Shown: positions 8,643-19,320 of the stretch, in pieces
Layout of the letters: every line of letters begins with the position of its first letter
Position numbering within the stretch: position 1 is the stretch's first letter
Assembly (NCBI GenBank): GCA_947626325.1
Contig: CANQRT010000001.1
Span: forward strand, 1-38,375
Length of the DNA stretch: 38,375 nt
Reading direction: 5' to 3'
Source of the DNA: Candidatus Gastranaerophilales bacterium
GTDB taxonomy: Bacteria > Cyanobacteriota > Vampirovibrionia > Gastranaerophilales > Gastranaerophilaceae
Notes under the pieces: generated by a model
Told to the model about the DNA's origin: nothing
Seen by the model: the letters and a program-made list of their open reading frames with translations, nothing else
Databases searched by the model: none
Position numbers and translations under genes: made by a program

Positions 8643-8927
8643 TTATTTTTCATTTTTGTCATCGATTAAAGGTATAGTCCACATTATTCGAATTTTAGGT
8701 TTTTCTTCACTTGGAACTTCACGTGTTTTTACTTCATATTTTATATTCGGATTAAGATTGGAAAATTCCACTATTCCATTCTCACCATTTACAAAAGGGG
8801 TAACTTGTTCTCCAGTTTTTGTATTAAAAACAGCATATTCTCTTATTGGTAGAGTCCACATTATTGCAATAGTTTTTTTGTCATTACTTTGAATTGCTTT
8901 TTCGTTTAATAAATTATTGTTTTTCAT
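8643..8927 (-). CDS. Hypothetical small protein (94 aa) with repeated I-x-IMWT-[LI]-P-[IL] motifs at both ends
   Basis: AAAGGAAG RBS upstream of the ATG and a terminator 1 nt after the stop. No family recognised. The antisense ORF 8656-8892 is rejected. Confidence 0.55.
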   Translation of the reverse strand: MKNNNLLNEKAIQSNDKKTIAIMWTLPIREYAVFNTKTGEQVTPFVNGENGIVEFSNLNPNIKYEVKTREVPSEEKPKIRIMWTIPLIDDKNEK

Positions 8928-9276
8928 AATAAACTTCCTTTCTTTTTTTGCATCAAAAACTTGGCGTCTTTTGGGCGTCGTAAGTTATTTAGGGTTAAAA
9001 AATCTTAATTTAACCGCAATTTTTAAGAACAAAGATATTTAACTGCCATTTTTATGCAGTTTCTTTAAATATTCTTAGTTTTTTATAAAATTTATAAATT
9101 ATATTCGAAATTAATTTTAGGCACAAATCAACGTAATAATATAATGCCCGTTTTTTTGAAATTCTAAACATGTACAAAAATTAAATATCTTTATTTTAAA
9201 CCAAAAAATAGCCAAGGCGGTGATTTTGAGTGTTTAGATTAAGCTTTAAAATAATTTATCTTAAAGGAGATAAATT

Positions 9277-9858
9277 ATGGAAAAAAAGGAATTAAAAGGA
9301 ACTAAAACTAGAGAAAACCTTATGAAAGCGTTTGCGGGCGAATCTATGGCTCGCAACAGATACTGTATATTTGCTTCTATGGCAGAAAAAGAGGGTTTAA
9401 TTCAGATATCGGAAATATTTAAAAAAACCGCACTCAACGAAAAAGAACACGCTGAAATATATTACGAATTTTTAGACGGTGACGATGTTGAAATTACAAA
9501 TATTTCATACCCCTCGTGCAACGGCACTACTTTAGAAAATTTACTGTGTTCCGCTAAGTACGAGGAGGAAGAACATACAACTATGTATCCCGAGTACGGC
9601 AAAATAGCACAGGATGAGGGATTTGATGAAATAGCAAAAGCATTTTTCAATATTGCAAACATAGAAAAACATCATAGTGAAAGGTATAAAACCTTGGCTC
9701 AACGCTTAAAAGACGAAACACTTTTTAAAAGAGAAGAAAAGGTTTTGTGGGTTTGTACTCATTGCGGGCATGTGGTTGAAGCAAAATCTGCGCCTGTAAA
9801 ATGCCCTGTATGTGAGAAAAAACAAGGCTATTTTGAAATTTTATGCGACTGTTTATAA
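9277..9858 (+). CDS. rbr: Rubrerythrin
   Basis: An N-terminal ferritin-like diiron domain (ENLMKAFAGESMARNRY...EKEHAEIY...EEEHTTMY...EKHHSERY) plus a C-terminal rubredoxin-like CxxC...CxxC (WVCTHCGH...KCPVCEK). AAAGGAG RBS upstream. Confidence 0.9.
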   Translation: MEKKELKGTKTRENLMKAFAGESMARNRYCIFASMAEKEGLIQISEIFKKTALNEKEHAEIYYEFLDGDDVEITNISYPSCNGTTLENLLCSAKYEEEEHTTMYPEYGKIAQDEGFDEIAKAFFNIANIEKHHSERYKTLAQRLKDETLFKREEKVLWVCTHCGHVVEAKSAPVKCPVCEKKQGYFEILCDCL

Positions 9859-9860
9859 TT

Positions 9861-10754
9861 TTACCGCCAGTGAAATATTTTTATTCCAAGGATATTAAGC
9901 ATTATTCTTTTATTGTCAATTTGAAGTTTACCCAATAAAAACGGGTAAACTTTTGTATTTAAATCTTCTAATAAGTATGCATTTGTCTCTTTAATTTTAA
10001 GATTATATTTTTCAATATTGTATTTAAGCCAAACGTTAAAAAATCTCTCGGCAGCGAAGGCTTGGCTTCGAATTTCATTATAAGTTTTATACTTAGTTAA
10101 ATCAGTAGTTTTTTCAATTTCGAAAAGAATATTAAAAATCCAATCACACCAGTTTATAAATAAATCTTTTCTCATAACAAAATTAAGTGCAAGATACATT
10201 TCATGCCCGTTTAAAAAATCATTCATACAATTATTGTATTCAGGGTAGTTTGTTTTAACAATTTCAATAAACTTATCAATAATTTCTTTTGGATGTTCTG
10301 AGATATATTGTTCATAAATTGTGAGTTTTAAATTAGAAATGTGCCTTGACAAAATTATGTCATTTCCGTCAATTGCTTTGGCAATGATTTCGGGAGTATT
10401 GTTTTTCAAAAAGTTTTTTGTAAAAAATTTATAATCTGTTAATTTAAAACTGTACGGTTCAACTTTTTTATTAATAAAATCGAAAAATCTTCTATAGTGG
10501 CAAAAACCAATATATTCTATATTCGGATTTTCTTTTAAATAGTTTTTCCAAACCCAATAAGTTGCTGTTAATTCACCATAATAAGGATTTTTTGAGGAAA
10601 TATTATTACCTGTATTATCAGTTAAAATACCCCCCCCCGAGAGAATTTTATTTAATGCACAACCCGCTTGAATAGGTTTAAAAATTTCATTCTGAAAAAT
10701 GGGGGCTTGTTTAAAATATATTGGAAATATTACAATTTTTTGATTATTATTCAT
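9861..10754 (-). CDS. DUF4422-family putative glycosyltransferase
   Basis: DNTGNNISSKNPYYGELTATYWVWKNY...IGFCHYRRFF matches the conserved core I recall for DUF4422 proteins from capsule and LPS loci. Confidence 0.7.
   Translation of the reverse strand: MNNNQKIVIFPIYFKQAPIFQNEIFKPIQAGCALNKILSGGGILTDNTGNNISSKNPYYGELTATYWVWKNYLKENPNIEYIGFCHYRRFFDFINKKVEPYSFKLTDYKFFTKNFLKNNTPEIIAKAIDGNDIILSRHISNLKLTIYEQYISEHPKEIIDKFIEIVKTNYPEYNNCMNDFLNGHEMYLALNFVMRKDLFINWCDWIFNILFEIEKTTDLTKYKTYNEIRSQAFAAERFFNVWLKYNIEKYNLKIKETNAYLLEDLNTKVYPFLLGKLQIDNKRIMLNILGIKIFHWR
10630..10638 (-). repeat. Homopolymeric G9 tract (C9 on the + strand) inside the DUF4422 coding sequence, at codons about 39-42 (SGGG)
   Basis: Read directly: ...aaaatacccccccccgagag.... 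The minus strand reads tcG GGG GGG GGt. Confidence 0.95.
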
Positions 10755-10835
10755 TGTATATATTAATTGTGTATTTTTAACAGTTTAATTTTATCATAAA
10801 TTTAAAATAATAAAAAATATAATTCTAATGGACTT

Positions 10836-10864
10836 TTTACAAATTACTATAAAAATTGTATAAT
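10836..10864 (+). promoter_or_regulatory. Candidate sigma70-type promoter for atpD-atpC
   Basis: TTTACA (10836-10841), a 17-nt spacer, then consensus TATAAT (10859-10864) preceded by TG. It lies 30 nt upstream of the atpD ATG. Confidence 0.55.
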
Positions 10865-10890
10865 AAAATAAAATAGAATAAGTAAGGTGA

Positions 10891-12300
<1,410 letters not shown>

Positions 12301-12309
12301 GCACTATAG

Positions 12310-12717
12310 ATGAGCGAAGAAAAAATACATATTAAAATAATAACTCCCGAAAAAATTGTATATGAAGATGATGTTGAGTCAATCAGTGCTCAGGGTGTAA
12401 AAGGCAGTTTTGGTATACTGCCAAATCATATACCGTTTATGTCTGCTTTGGATATTGATACGGCAAAAGTAATAAAAGACGGCAAAGAAATAACTTTTTC
12501 AATAATGGGCGGGGCTTTCCAGTTTAAGGAAAATGACGCAATAATACTAACTGAAGCGGCAGAATGCGGAAGTGATATTGATACTGCTCGAGCAAAACTT
12601 GCTAAAGAACGTGCACAAGCACAGCTTAGCAGTGCTAAAACTCAGCGGGATATAAAAATAGCAAATGCTGCTATAGCAAGAGCTATGGCTCGTTTAAAGG
12701 CTGCTTCAAAGAATTAA
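12310..12717 (+). CDS. atpC: F1 ATP synthase epsilon subunit
   Basis: 135 aa directly after atpD: IKIITPEKIVYEDDVESISAQGVKGSFGILPNHIPFMSAL plus a helical C-terminus. Confidence 0.85.
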   Translation: MSEEKIHIKIITPEKIVYEDDVESISAQGVKGSFGILPNHIPFMSALDIDTAKVIKDGKEITFSIMGGAFQFKENDAIILTEAAECGSDIDTARAKLAKERAQAQLSSAKTQRDIKIANAAIARAMARLKAASKN

Positions 12718-13785
12718 TTACAAATTAATTACTTTTAATATCTCATGCAAGTCAGCTTTTGTTTTCTTAACTTCTGCATTAGAGTATTTAATTGCGCTGT
12801 CAGGATCTTTTAAACCGTTGCCTGTTAATATGCAGACAGAAGTTGAATTTTCTTTAATAAGTCCTGTTTTATGAGCTTTAATAAGTCCTGCAACAGAAGC
12901 TGCACTGCCAGGTTCAGCTAAAATACCCTCTGTGGAAGCCATAAGTTTGTATGCTTCAATAATTTCATCATCTGTTACGCAGTCTATTGTTCCATTAGAT
13001 AAATCTCTTGCCCGCTCTGCTTGTTTCCAGCTTGCAGGGTTGCCAATTCTGATTGCAGTAGCAATAGTTTCAGGATGAAGTATGCGCTCGCCTCTAACAA
13101 TAGCTGCAGCTCCTTGTGCTTCATATCCCATCATTTTTGGCAGATGAGAGGATTTTTTAAGTGCATAAAATTCTTCATAACCTTTAAAATATGCAGTTAT
13201 ATTACCTGCATTTCCAACGGGGATAAAATGATAATCAGGTGCATCGCCTAATGCTTCAATAATTTCAAAAGCACCTGTTTTTTGTCCCTCTATTCTGTAT
13301 GGATTTACAGAGTTAACAAGGGTAATAGGAGAGTTTTTTGAAATTTCAATTACCATTTCAAGTGCTTCATCAAAATTGCCTTGAATAGCAATAATTTCAG
13401 CTCCATACATCATAGCTTGAGAAAGTTTTCCAAGCGCAATGTATCCGTCTGGGATTAAAACAAAAACTCTAACCCCTGCTTTAGCACCGTATGCAGCAGC
13501 AGCTGCACTTGTATTTCCAGTGGAAGCACAAATAATAGCTTTAGCCCCGTCTTCAACAGCTTTTGTAACAGCCATTGTCATTCCGCGGTCTTTAAAACTG
13601 CCTGTAGGATTTGCCCCCTCATATTTTAAATATACATTTCCTTTTATACCTATTTTTTTTGCCAGATTATCAGCTTTTATTAAGGGGGTATTACCCTCAT
13701 TTAAAGTAATAACTGGTGTTTTGTCTGTTACTGGAAGATACTGTCTGTATTTATTTATTAAACCCTGATAGTGATTTTTCTCCAT
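12718..13785 (-). CDS. thrC: Threonine synthase
   Basis: 355 aa with [31 protein letters not shown] (PLP-lysine motif) and [16 protein letters not shown]. Confidence 0.9.
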   Translation of the reverse strand: MEKNHYQGLINKYRQYLPVTDKTPVITLNEGNTPLIKADNLAKKIGIKGNVYLKYEGANPTGSFKDRGMTMAVTKAVEDGAKAIICASTGNTSAAAAAYGAKAGVRVFVLIPDGYIALGKLSQAMMYGAEIIAIQGNFDEALEMVIEISKNSPITLVNSVNPYRIEGQKTGAFEIIEALGDAPDYHFIPVGNAGNITAYFKGYEEFYALKKSSHLPKMMGYEAQGAAAIVRGERILHPETIATAIRIGNPASWKQAERARDLSNGTIDCVTDDEIIEAYKLMASTEGILAEPGSAASVAGLIKAHKTGLIKENSTSVCILTGNGLKDPDSAIKYSNAEVKKTKADLHEILKVINL

Positions 13786-13793
13786 AAAGCCTC

Positions 13794-15065
13794 CTAATTC
13801 ATAACTCTTAAAAGATTGTTTATATTTTTAATACGAGGAGATTTAAGTAATTCTTTTAAGGCATTCTGTACATCTGCTTCCTTTGCTGTTTCAGTGATGA
13901 CAACAATTTCAGCTGTGTTATCCAAATTAATTCCCTTTTGCATTATTGTTGAAATATTTATATTATTTTGTCCAAATACTGTACCTATCATACCTATTGC
14001 CCCAGGATTATTGCTTGCTGTCACTGAAATGTAATAATCATTATAGGTATCGCCTATATTAATTTGTTCTGCAGTTTCACTATGGTGACAGATTGCTTGT
14101 GGAAGCGGGGAATTAGAAACATTAAGCTCTGAAGCTAAAACAAGTAAGTCGCCAACAACACTGCTTGCAGTAGGTTTAGCACCCGCACCTGCCCCTGTAA
14201 GTACTAAATCGCCAACAGGATTTCCAGTAAGCATAATTGAATTAGTTGCATTCTTTACTTTTGCAAGTAAATGTTTTTTGGAAACAAGCATAGGGTGGAC
14301 TCTTACATCAATTTTATCGTTATCCAGCACTTGTCCCATTGCAATTAATTTAATTCTGTAGCCTAATTCTCTTGCTGATTTTATATCTTGAGAGGTTATT
14401 TTAGTAATTCCCTCACGGTAAATTTTATTTATATCAATTTTTTTATTAAAAGAAATGGTGGATAAGATTGCGATTTTATAAGCAGTATCAAATCCCTCAA
14501 CATCACCTGTTGGATTTGTTTCTGCATATCCCAGCTCCTGCGCTTGTTTTAGTGCAGTTTCATAGGAAAGCTCTTTTTCATCCATTTTTGTCAAAATATA
14601 ATTGGTTGTTCCATTTAGAATAGCTGCAATTTTAGTAATTTTATTAGCGCATAGTATTGTTTTTATTGGCATAATAATAGGAATACCGCCTGCAACAGCT
14701 GCTTCATAAAGTATAATTACATTTTTTTCTTTAGCTAACGAAAATAACTCGCTTCCATTTTTTGCCAATAATTCTTTATTTGCCGTAATTATATGTTTAC
14801 CGTGATTTATGGCAGATTTTAATATGTCAAAAGCAGGCTGTGTACCTCCTGCCACCTCTATTACCACATCAATTTCAGGATTTTCACTGATTTCAAATGG
14901 ATTATCAGTTAATAAAGATGTATCAAAATTTTCAATTTCTCTTTTCTTATTTAAATTTTTTACTGCAATTTTTTTAACGTGAATATTGTCAAAGTTTTTA
15001 AGAACTTCCCAAACTCCAGTTCCTACAGTACCAAAACCGATTATTCCTACATTAAGTGATTTCAT
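13794..15065 (-). CDS. hom: Homoserine dehydrogenase
   Basis: 423 aa with an N-terminal Rossmann motif [13 protein letters not shown], a central [11 protein letters not shown] segment, and a C-terminal ACT-like domain. Confidence 0.9.
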   Translation of the reverse strand: MKSLNVGIIGFGTVGTGVWEVLKNFDNIHVKKIAVKNLNKKREIENFDTSLLTDNPFEISENPEIDVVIEVAGGTQPAFDILKSAINHGKHIITANKELLAKNGSELFSLAKEKNVIILYEAAVAGGIPIIMPIKTILCANKITKIAAILNGTTNYILTKMDEKELSYETALKQAQELGYAETNPTGDVEGFDTAYKIAILSTISFNKKIDINKIYREGITKITSQDIKSARELGYRIKLIAMGQVLDNDKIDVRVHPMLVSKKHLLAKVKNATNSIMLTGNPVGDLVLTGAGAGAKPTASSVVGDLLVLASELNVSNSPLPQAICHHSETAEQINIGDTYNDYYISVTASNNPGAIGMIGTVFGQNNINISTIMQKGINLDNTAEIVVITETAKEADVQNALKELLKSPRIKNINNLLRVMN

Positions 15066-15240
15066 AATTACTCCATAATTTTATAGAATAATTAAACCAC
15101 AATTAGGCTTAAAATACACCTGAAACTTAAATTTTATTTTAATGTTAACAAATGTAACAAAAAATAGAAGTTGCGATTTTGCCCCTAAAAAAATGTTTTT
15201 ATATAAGTGAGGATGAAATAAACATAAGGAGGATTTAAAA

Positions 15241-15477
15241 ATGGGGAATTACATGTTTTTTTCAATGACAAATTCAGCAGCTGCAAGTTATGTAATGTTT
15301 TCTTTAAATTCTTCGCATTCAGAAAGTGCAGGTACTGTAGCTGACGGAGGTTACGGCAGTGCATTCTCAAGTTTTGGATTGGGTGCTGAAACAGCAGGTT
15401 CTGTAGCTTGCTTGGGCACATCAAGCTCGGGCGGCGGATATGCTTGTTCGGGTGGTTCTTATTCTGCTGTTGCATAA
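15241..15477 (+). CDS. Small Gly/Ser/Ala/Tyr-rich peptide (78 aa) with no Lys or Arg and 2 Cys. Function unknown.
   Basis: Strong RBS AAGGAGG 7 nt upstream of the ATG and an intrinsic terminator starting 8 nt after the stop. The sequence is MGNYMFFSMTNSAAASYVMFSLNSSHSESAGTVADGGYGSAFSSFGLGAETAGSVACLGTSSSGGGYACSGGSYSAVA. An alternative start is Met5 at 15253. Confidence 0.6.
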   Translation: MGNYMFFSMTNSAAASYVMFSLNSSHSESAGTVADGGYGSAFSSFGLGAETAGSVACLGTSSSGGGYACSGGSYSAVA

Positions 15478-15484
15478 ACAAAAA

Positions 15485-15514
15485 ACAGGATGATTTTTGT
15501 CATCCTGTTTTTTG
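15485..15514. terminator. Bidirectional rho-independent terminator between the peptide gene (+) and the zinc-ribbon gene (-)
   Basis: ACAGGATGA (15485-15493), loop TTTTTG, TCATCCTGT (15500-15508), then TTTTTT. An A-run lies upstream. Confidence 0.8.
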
Positions 15515-15530
15515 TTTCTTAATTTATATT

Positions 15531-15824
15531 TTAAACGGATTCTTGATTTTGTTGTTCCGCTTCTTTTATGGCTGCATAACAGTCTTTGCAGTATACCTCT
15601 TTACCTTCAATAGGTTTAAACGGAACTTTTGTTTGACATCCGCATTTTGAGCAGGTTACTTCATAAAGTTTTCTTCTGTTTTTTTGTCTTCTGTTTTTTC
15701 TGCATTCTGGGCAGCGTTTTGGCTTATTAACGAGACCTCTTTGAGCATAAAATTCCTGTTCACCTGCGGTAAATACAAATTCACTTCCGCAGTCTTCGCA
15801 AATAAGCTTTTCGTCTTCGTACAT
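15531..15824 (-). CDS. Zinc-ribbon protein with two CxxC...CxxC units (zf-trcl-like N-terminal half)
   Basis: 97 aa. CEDCGSEFVFTAGEQEFYAQRGLVNKPKRCPECR is followed by a basic linker and CSKCGCQTKVPFKPIEGKEVYCKDCY. GGAGAA RBS upstream. Confidence 0.7.
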   Translation of the reverse strand: MYEDEKLICEDCGSEFVFTAGEQEFYAQRGLVNKPKRCPECRKNRRQKNRRKLYEVTCSKCGCQTKVPFKPIEGKEVYCKDCYAAIKEAEQQNQESV

Positions 15825-16022
15825 TTTGAGTTTCTCCTTAGCTTGGGTTTAATTAAAAAATTGTTACATAAACATTGTATAATTTTACTCCATTTTTAGC
15901 AAGGATAAAGATAAAAAAAATAAATATTAAGAAACGTAAATTTTTTTAAAAAAAGCTCTAACATGAGGCAATAATATTGTTTTAGGATGTTTAAAACAAC
16001 AGGAATTTATCTGTGAGGTACG

Positions 16023-17054
16023 ATGGTCGACAAAATAGGGGTACAAAATTACAATAATTCGCAACATTTATCTGCATTGACTTTTGGGAATAAGGATGCA
16101 GATAAAAGAAGTAAATGCGAAAATCATGACAGATTAATGGCTGAAGATATTAAGAAACACCCGATTTCAACTCGTTTAAAAATACAATCAGATAAATTAA
16201 CTAAAGCATTTACAAAATACCCCGTAAAAGGCTTTAAAGGTAGTAAGAATGCTAATTTTTATGAGTTTCTTACTATGGGAACAGTACCTTATTTAACAGG
16301 CAGTGCAATGCTGATAGCTGTTTTTAACGGCGCAAGAGCTTTTATTTCTGATGAAGCAAAAAAACAAGCAGCTGCAAAACTTGGTAATAAAATGGGATTA
16401 GGCGTTTTATTTTATGGAATTGCCAAAGTATTATCTAAAAAATTAATCGAACTCCCTGTAAAATGGAAACACGGCATTGACGTTAATTTGCCTTATATAA
16501 AGAAAATTGATGAACTTCCAGAAGAAGATAATACAAATAATCTTGTAAGCTATGAATACCATAAAGCTTATGAGAGCGTTGATTTCCCTCGTTGGGATTT
16601 ATTCTATAATAATAAATTTTATGGAGATGAAAGAAACTCTTATTTCAGCAAAATTGCAAATAAAATGAATATAAATGACGGTGATTTAGAGCATGCCGAC
16701 CAAAAAGTAAAACCTAAAATAAAAGAAAAAGTAATACAAACTAAAGTATTTTCAACATTAATTTCCTATCTGTGGGCGGCTGTAGGAGTCGGCATTGCCA
16801 TGCAAAAACCTTGGGAGAAATTATCACTTCATCCTAAAGAAATTATTAATAAATTTATACAAAGCTGTAAAGAATTTGTTAACAATTCAAATCCTGCGGC
16901 TAAAATAGCTGGTAGAGTTCTGCTCGGAGCCGCAATTGGCATGACTTTATTAGGCAATTTTAAAACTCTTTTTGACTTTAATAAAGATAAGGGGTCAAAA
17001 ACTCATGCAGCTTCATCACTTATTGATGAAAGTAAAGAAAAGGTAGTATGTTAG
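16023..17054 (+). CDS. Hypothetical polytopic membrane protein (343 aa, about 4 TM); first gene of the unknown operon
   Basis: GAGG 5 nt upstream of the ATG. Hydrophobic segments are FLTMGTVPYLTGSAMLIAVF, MGLGVLFYGIAKVL, VFSTLISYLWAAVGVGIAM and IAGRVLLGAAIGMTLLGNF. No family recognised. Confidence 0.7.
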   Translation: MVDKIGVQNYNNSQHLSALTFGNKDADKRSKCENHDRLMAEDIKKHPISTRLKIQSDKLTKAFTKYPVKGFKGSKNANFYEFLTMGTVPYLTGSAMLIAVFNGARAFISDEAKKQAAAKLGNKMGLGVLFYGIAKVLSKKLIELPVKWKHGIDVNLPYIKKIDELPEEDNTNNLVSYEYHKAYESVDFPRWDLFYNNKFYGDERNSYFSKIANKMNINDGDLEHADQKVKPKIKEKVIQTKVFSTLISYLWAAVGVGIAMQKPWEKLSLHPKEIINKFIQSCKEFVNNSNPAAKIAGRVLLGAAIGMTLLGNFKTLFDFNKDKGSKTHAASSLIDESKEKVVC

Positions 17055-17055
17055 G

Positions 17056-19320
17056 ATGTCAAACTTATTAAATTCAATACTGACAAATAATTCAACTGAT
17101 AATAAACATAATTCTTATGTTTATAAACATACTTTTACCTTTGATTCTGAAGGCAGAGTAAAACCAAAAGAGGATAAAGCAAAATTACTTCCGTCAAGAA
17201 TATTCGGCTCCCCTGTTGAATATGCAAAAGATTTAAAAAAAGATGTAGTAAATATTGGGCGTGCAATGAAAGGGCAGGCAAATGACCATGAACTTGGCAG
17301 AATAAATGATGTTGCAATGAAATTAGGTTCATTTGCTTTAGCTTGTTATTTATTTGTTAAAAATCCATTAAAATTAAATAAAACAATGGAATTTGTCGGA
17401 CTGGGAACGTTCTTCACTTCAATGGCTTTATGGCCTAAATTAGCTATACAAGCTCCAATTAAGGCAAGAACGGGCGTTGATATTCATCAAAAATATATTG
17501 ACTCTCAGGGACGTAAGAAAATGATGTTCCAAGATCCTCAATATGATTTAACCGATTTATATTCAAGGGAAGATTTAGACAGAATAGGTAAAAAACTTAA
17601 GGTTTCGGAAAATCTTCCAGATCGTGACAGATTTATTAAACAAAGAGCTAAAAAACTTGCAACTCAAGGTAATACTTTATGGATGATGAGTGCTGGATTA
17701 TCTGCACCAATAATGAGTGCATTAACATGTAATGTACTTGAAAAACCTATAACAAACTTATTAGAAAAGCACGCATTAAATTCAACAAAGAAAGCAATGG
17801 AAGCATTAAATACCAATGCTGCAGGAAAAGAAGTTTGGGAAGCTGTTCAAAAATTCGTTTCGGAAAACGGTCAAACTGTTTTAGATGATGCATCATTACA
17901 AGAATTGATGAAAAAATTGCCAAATGTTAATTCATCTAATTTTAATAACAGTATAAGACAATATATTCAAACGCTGGCAGGTAATATTAGAAATACTTTA
18001 GATAAGAACATTGTAGAACAAGCTGTAAGCGGAAAATTAGATAAATCAGTAATTGAACAAGTATTAGGCGATATGTCTGATGATTTGTTAAAACAAACTT
18101 CTGTTGAAGATATAGCACGCAAACTTGCTAATGCAAGCGGTCTTTCACACGGTAAGAAAAATAAATTAATTGGTGAATTAACAAAATTAATTAAAGAAAC
18201 ACAATCAAAACAACCTGTAACTATAGGTCAAATTGGTGAGCAAATTCAAAAATTAGGTAATTCGTTAGTTAATTTCTCATCGGGTAAAAATGTAATAGAA
18301 AAATTCATTCACGCAAGAGTTGGTGAAGAATCAGGAACTTATATAGCAAACCAATGGGGCAGAGTTACAAAATCCTTATTCAAATCGCTTCATTTAAAAG
18401 ACAGCGAATTAAAAGCACTGCAAAATGGCGGTAATTATGAAATTATTACAAAGAAAATAGCCGAATTACCTGCTGAACAGTATGAAAAATTAATGAGCAA
18501 ACTGTTAAAATTAATTGAAGAATATGAAACAAAGACTGGTGCTGATGAAATGATGAATGCTGTAAGTTCAAAAGCAAAAGAAGTATGCGGTGCAGCGGGA
18601 AAAACATTAACGGAAAACGGGTTTGATGATTTAGCAAGAAGAGTTACAGCAGATGTAAAAGCGGGAACTATAGAAAATGAGATAAATCAAAGAGCTAAGA
18701 ATGGAATATCAGGTGCTAAATCCTCATTCTATAGATTAATACAGTGGATTGATTTATTAAAGAAAGAGCAATCAGGCGATTTAACTAATCAAGTTAAAGA
18801 GGCTCTTAAATTAGCAGGTAAAGATTCAAGTGATGATGCAGTAAAAGCAATGATTGAAAAATGTAAAAGCGTATTATTAGGAGCAACTCCTTCTGATTAT
18901 GCTGAAAAACTAAAATCTGCAAACTTTAGATTAGATAATGATGAGTATAAAATAATAACAGATATATTATTTAAAAACGGCGAAAAAGAAGCAACAAGCG
19001 GTTTAGCTGCTTATAAAAAAGAAATAATGGATAAACTTATTAACTGGAAAAATGATATAACTCCTGATTTATCACGTGCAATATCAGAAAATAGCAGTGT
19101 TGCATCAAACGCTACTGAAAGAAGCGCATTATCAGGTAAACCTATAACAGACTGGATAAAAGAATCAGCTAAAGATTTATATACATCAAGAAAATGGTTA
19201 AAAATCTTTGGCGGTGCAATGATAGCAATAACGGTAATAACTTTAACAGTTGGATTAATTTTAGGTCGTAAAAGCAAGATAGAAAAGCAAGTAGAGGCGG
19301 AAAGTAAGGCAAATGGCTAG
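17056..19320 (+). CDS. Hypothetical membrane protein (754 aa). It has an N-terminal module paralogous to the preceding gene, a roughly 480-aa helical Lys/Glu/Ala-rich region and a C-terminal TM.
   Basis: The ATG lies 1 nt after the upstream stop. TM-like segments are LGSFALACYLFV, FVGLGTFFTSMALWPKLAI, LWMMSAGLSAPIMSALTCNVL and IFGGAMIAITVITLTVGLILG. No family recognised. Confidence 0.7.
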   Translation: MSNLLNSILTNNSTDNKHNSYVYKHTFTFDSEGRVKPKEDKAKLLPSRIFGSPVEYAKDLKKDVVNIGRAMKGQANDHELGRINDVAMKLGSFALACYLFVKNPLKLNKTMEFVGLGTFFTSMALWPKLAIQAPIKARTGVDIHQKYIDSQGRKKMMFQDPQYDLTDLYSREDLDRIGKKLKVSENLPDRDRFIKQRAKKLATQGNTLWMMSAGLSAPIMSALTCNVLEKPITNLLEKHALNSTKKAMEALNTNAAGKEVWEAVQKFVSENGQTVLDDASLQELMKKLPNVNSSNFNNSIRQYIQTLAGNIRNTLDKNIVEQAVSGKLDKSVIEQVLGDMSDDLLKQTSVEDIARKLANASGLSHGKKNKLIGELTKLIKETQSKQPVTIGQIGEQIQKLGNSLVNFSSGKNVIEKFIHARVGEESGTYIANQWGRVTKSLFKSLHLKDSELKALQNGGNYEIITKKIAELPAEQYEKLMSKLLKLIEEYETKTGADEMMNAVSSKAKEVCGAAGKTLTENGFDDLARRVTADVKAGTIENEINQRAKNGISGAKSSFYRLIQWIDLLKKEQSGDLTNQVKEALKLAGKDSSDDAVKAMIEKCKSVLLGATPSDYAEKLKSANFRLDNDEYKIITDILFKNGEKEATSGLAAYKKEIMDKLINWKNDITPDLSRAISENSSVASNATERSALSGKPITDWIKESAKDLYTSRKWLKIFGGAMIAITVITLTVGLILGRKSKIEKQVEAESKANG

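Noticed and set aside
9080-9276. A possible PerR/Fur-type operator (AT-rich near-palindromes such as TATAAATTATA) and a clean promoter upstream of rubrerythrin
   Set aside because: The region is so AT-rich that near-palindromes are expected by chance. I could not find a match good enough to the TTATAAT-N-ATTATAA type consensus, or a -35/-10 pair with proper spacing.
15185-15481. A 98-aa minus-strand ORF opposite the Gly/Ser-rich peptide gene
   Set aside because: It has no RBS and a Gln/Leu/Asn-rich shadow composition. The plus strand has a consensus RBS and a terminator positioned for the plus-strand stop.
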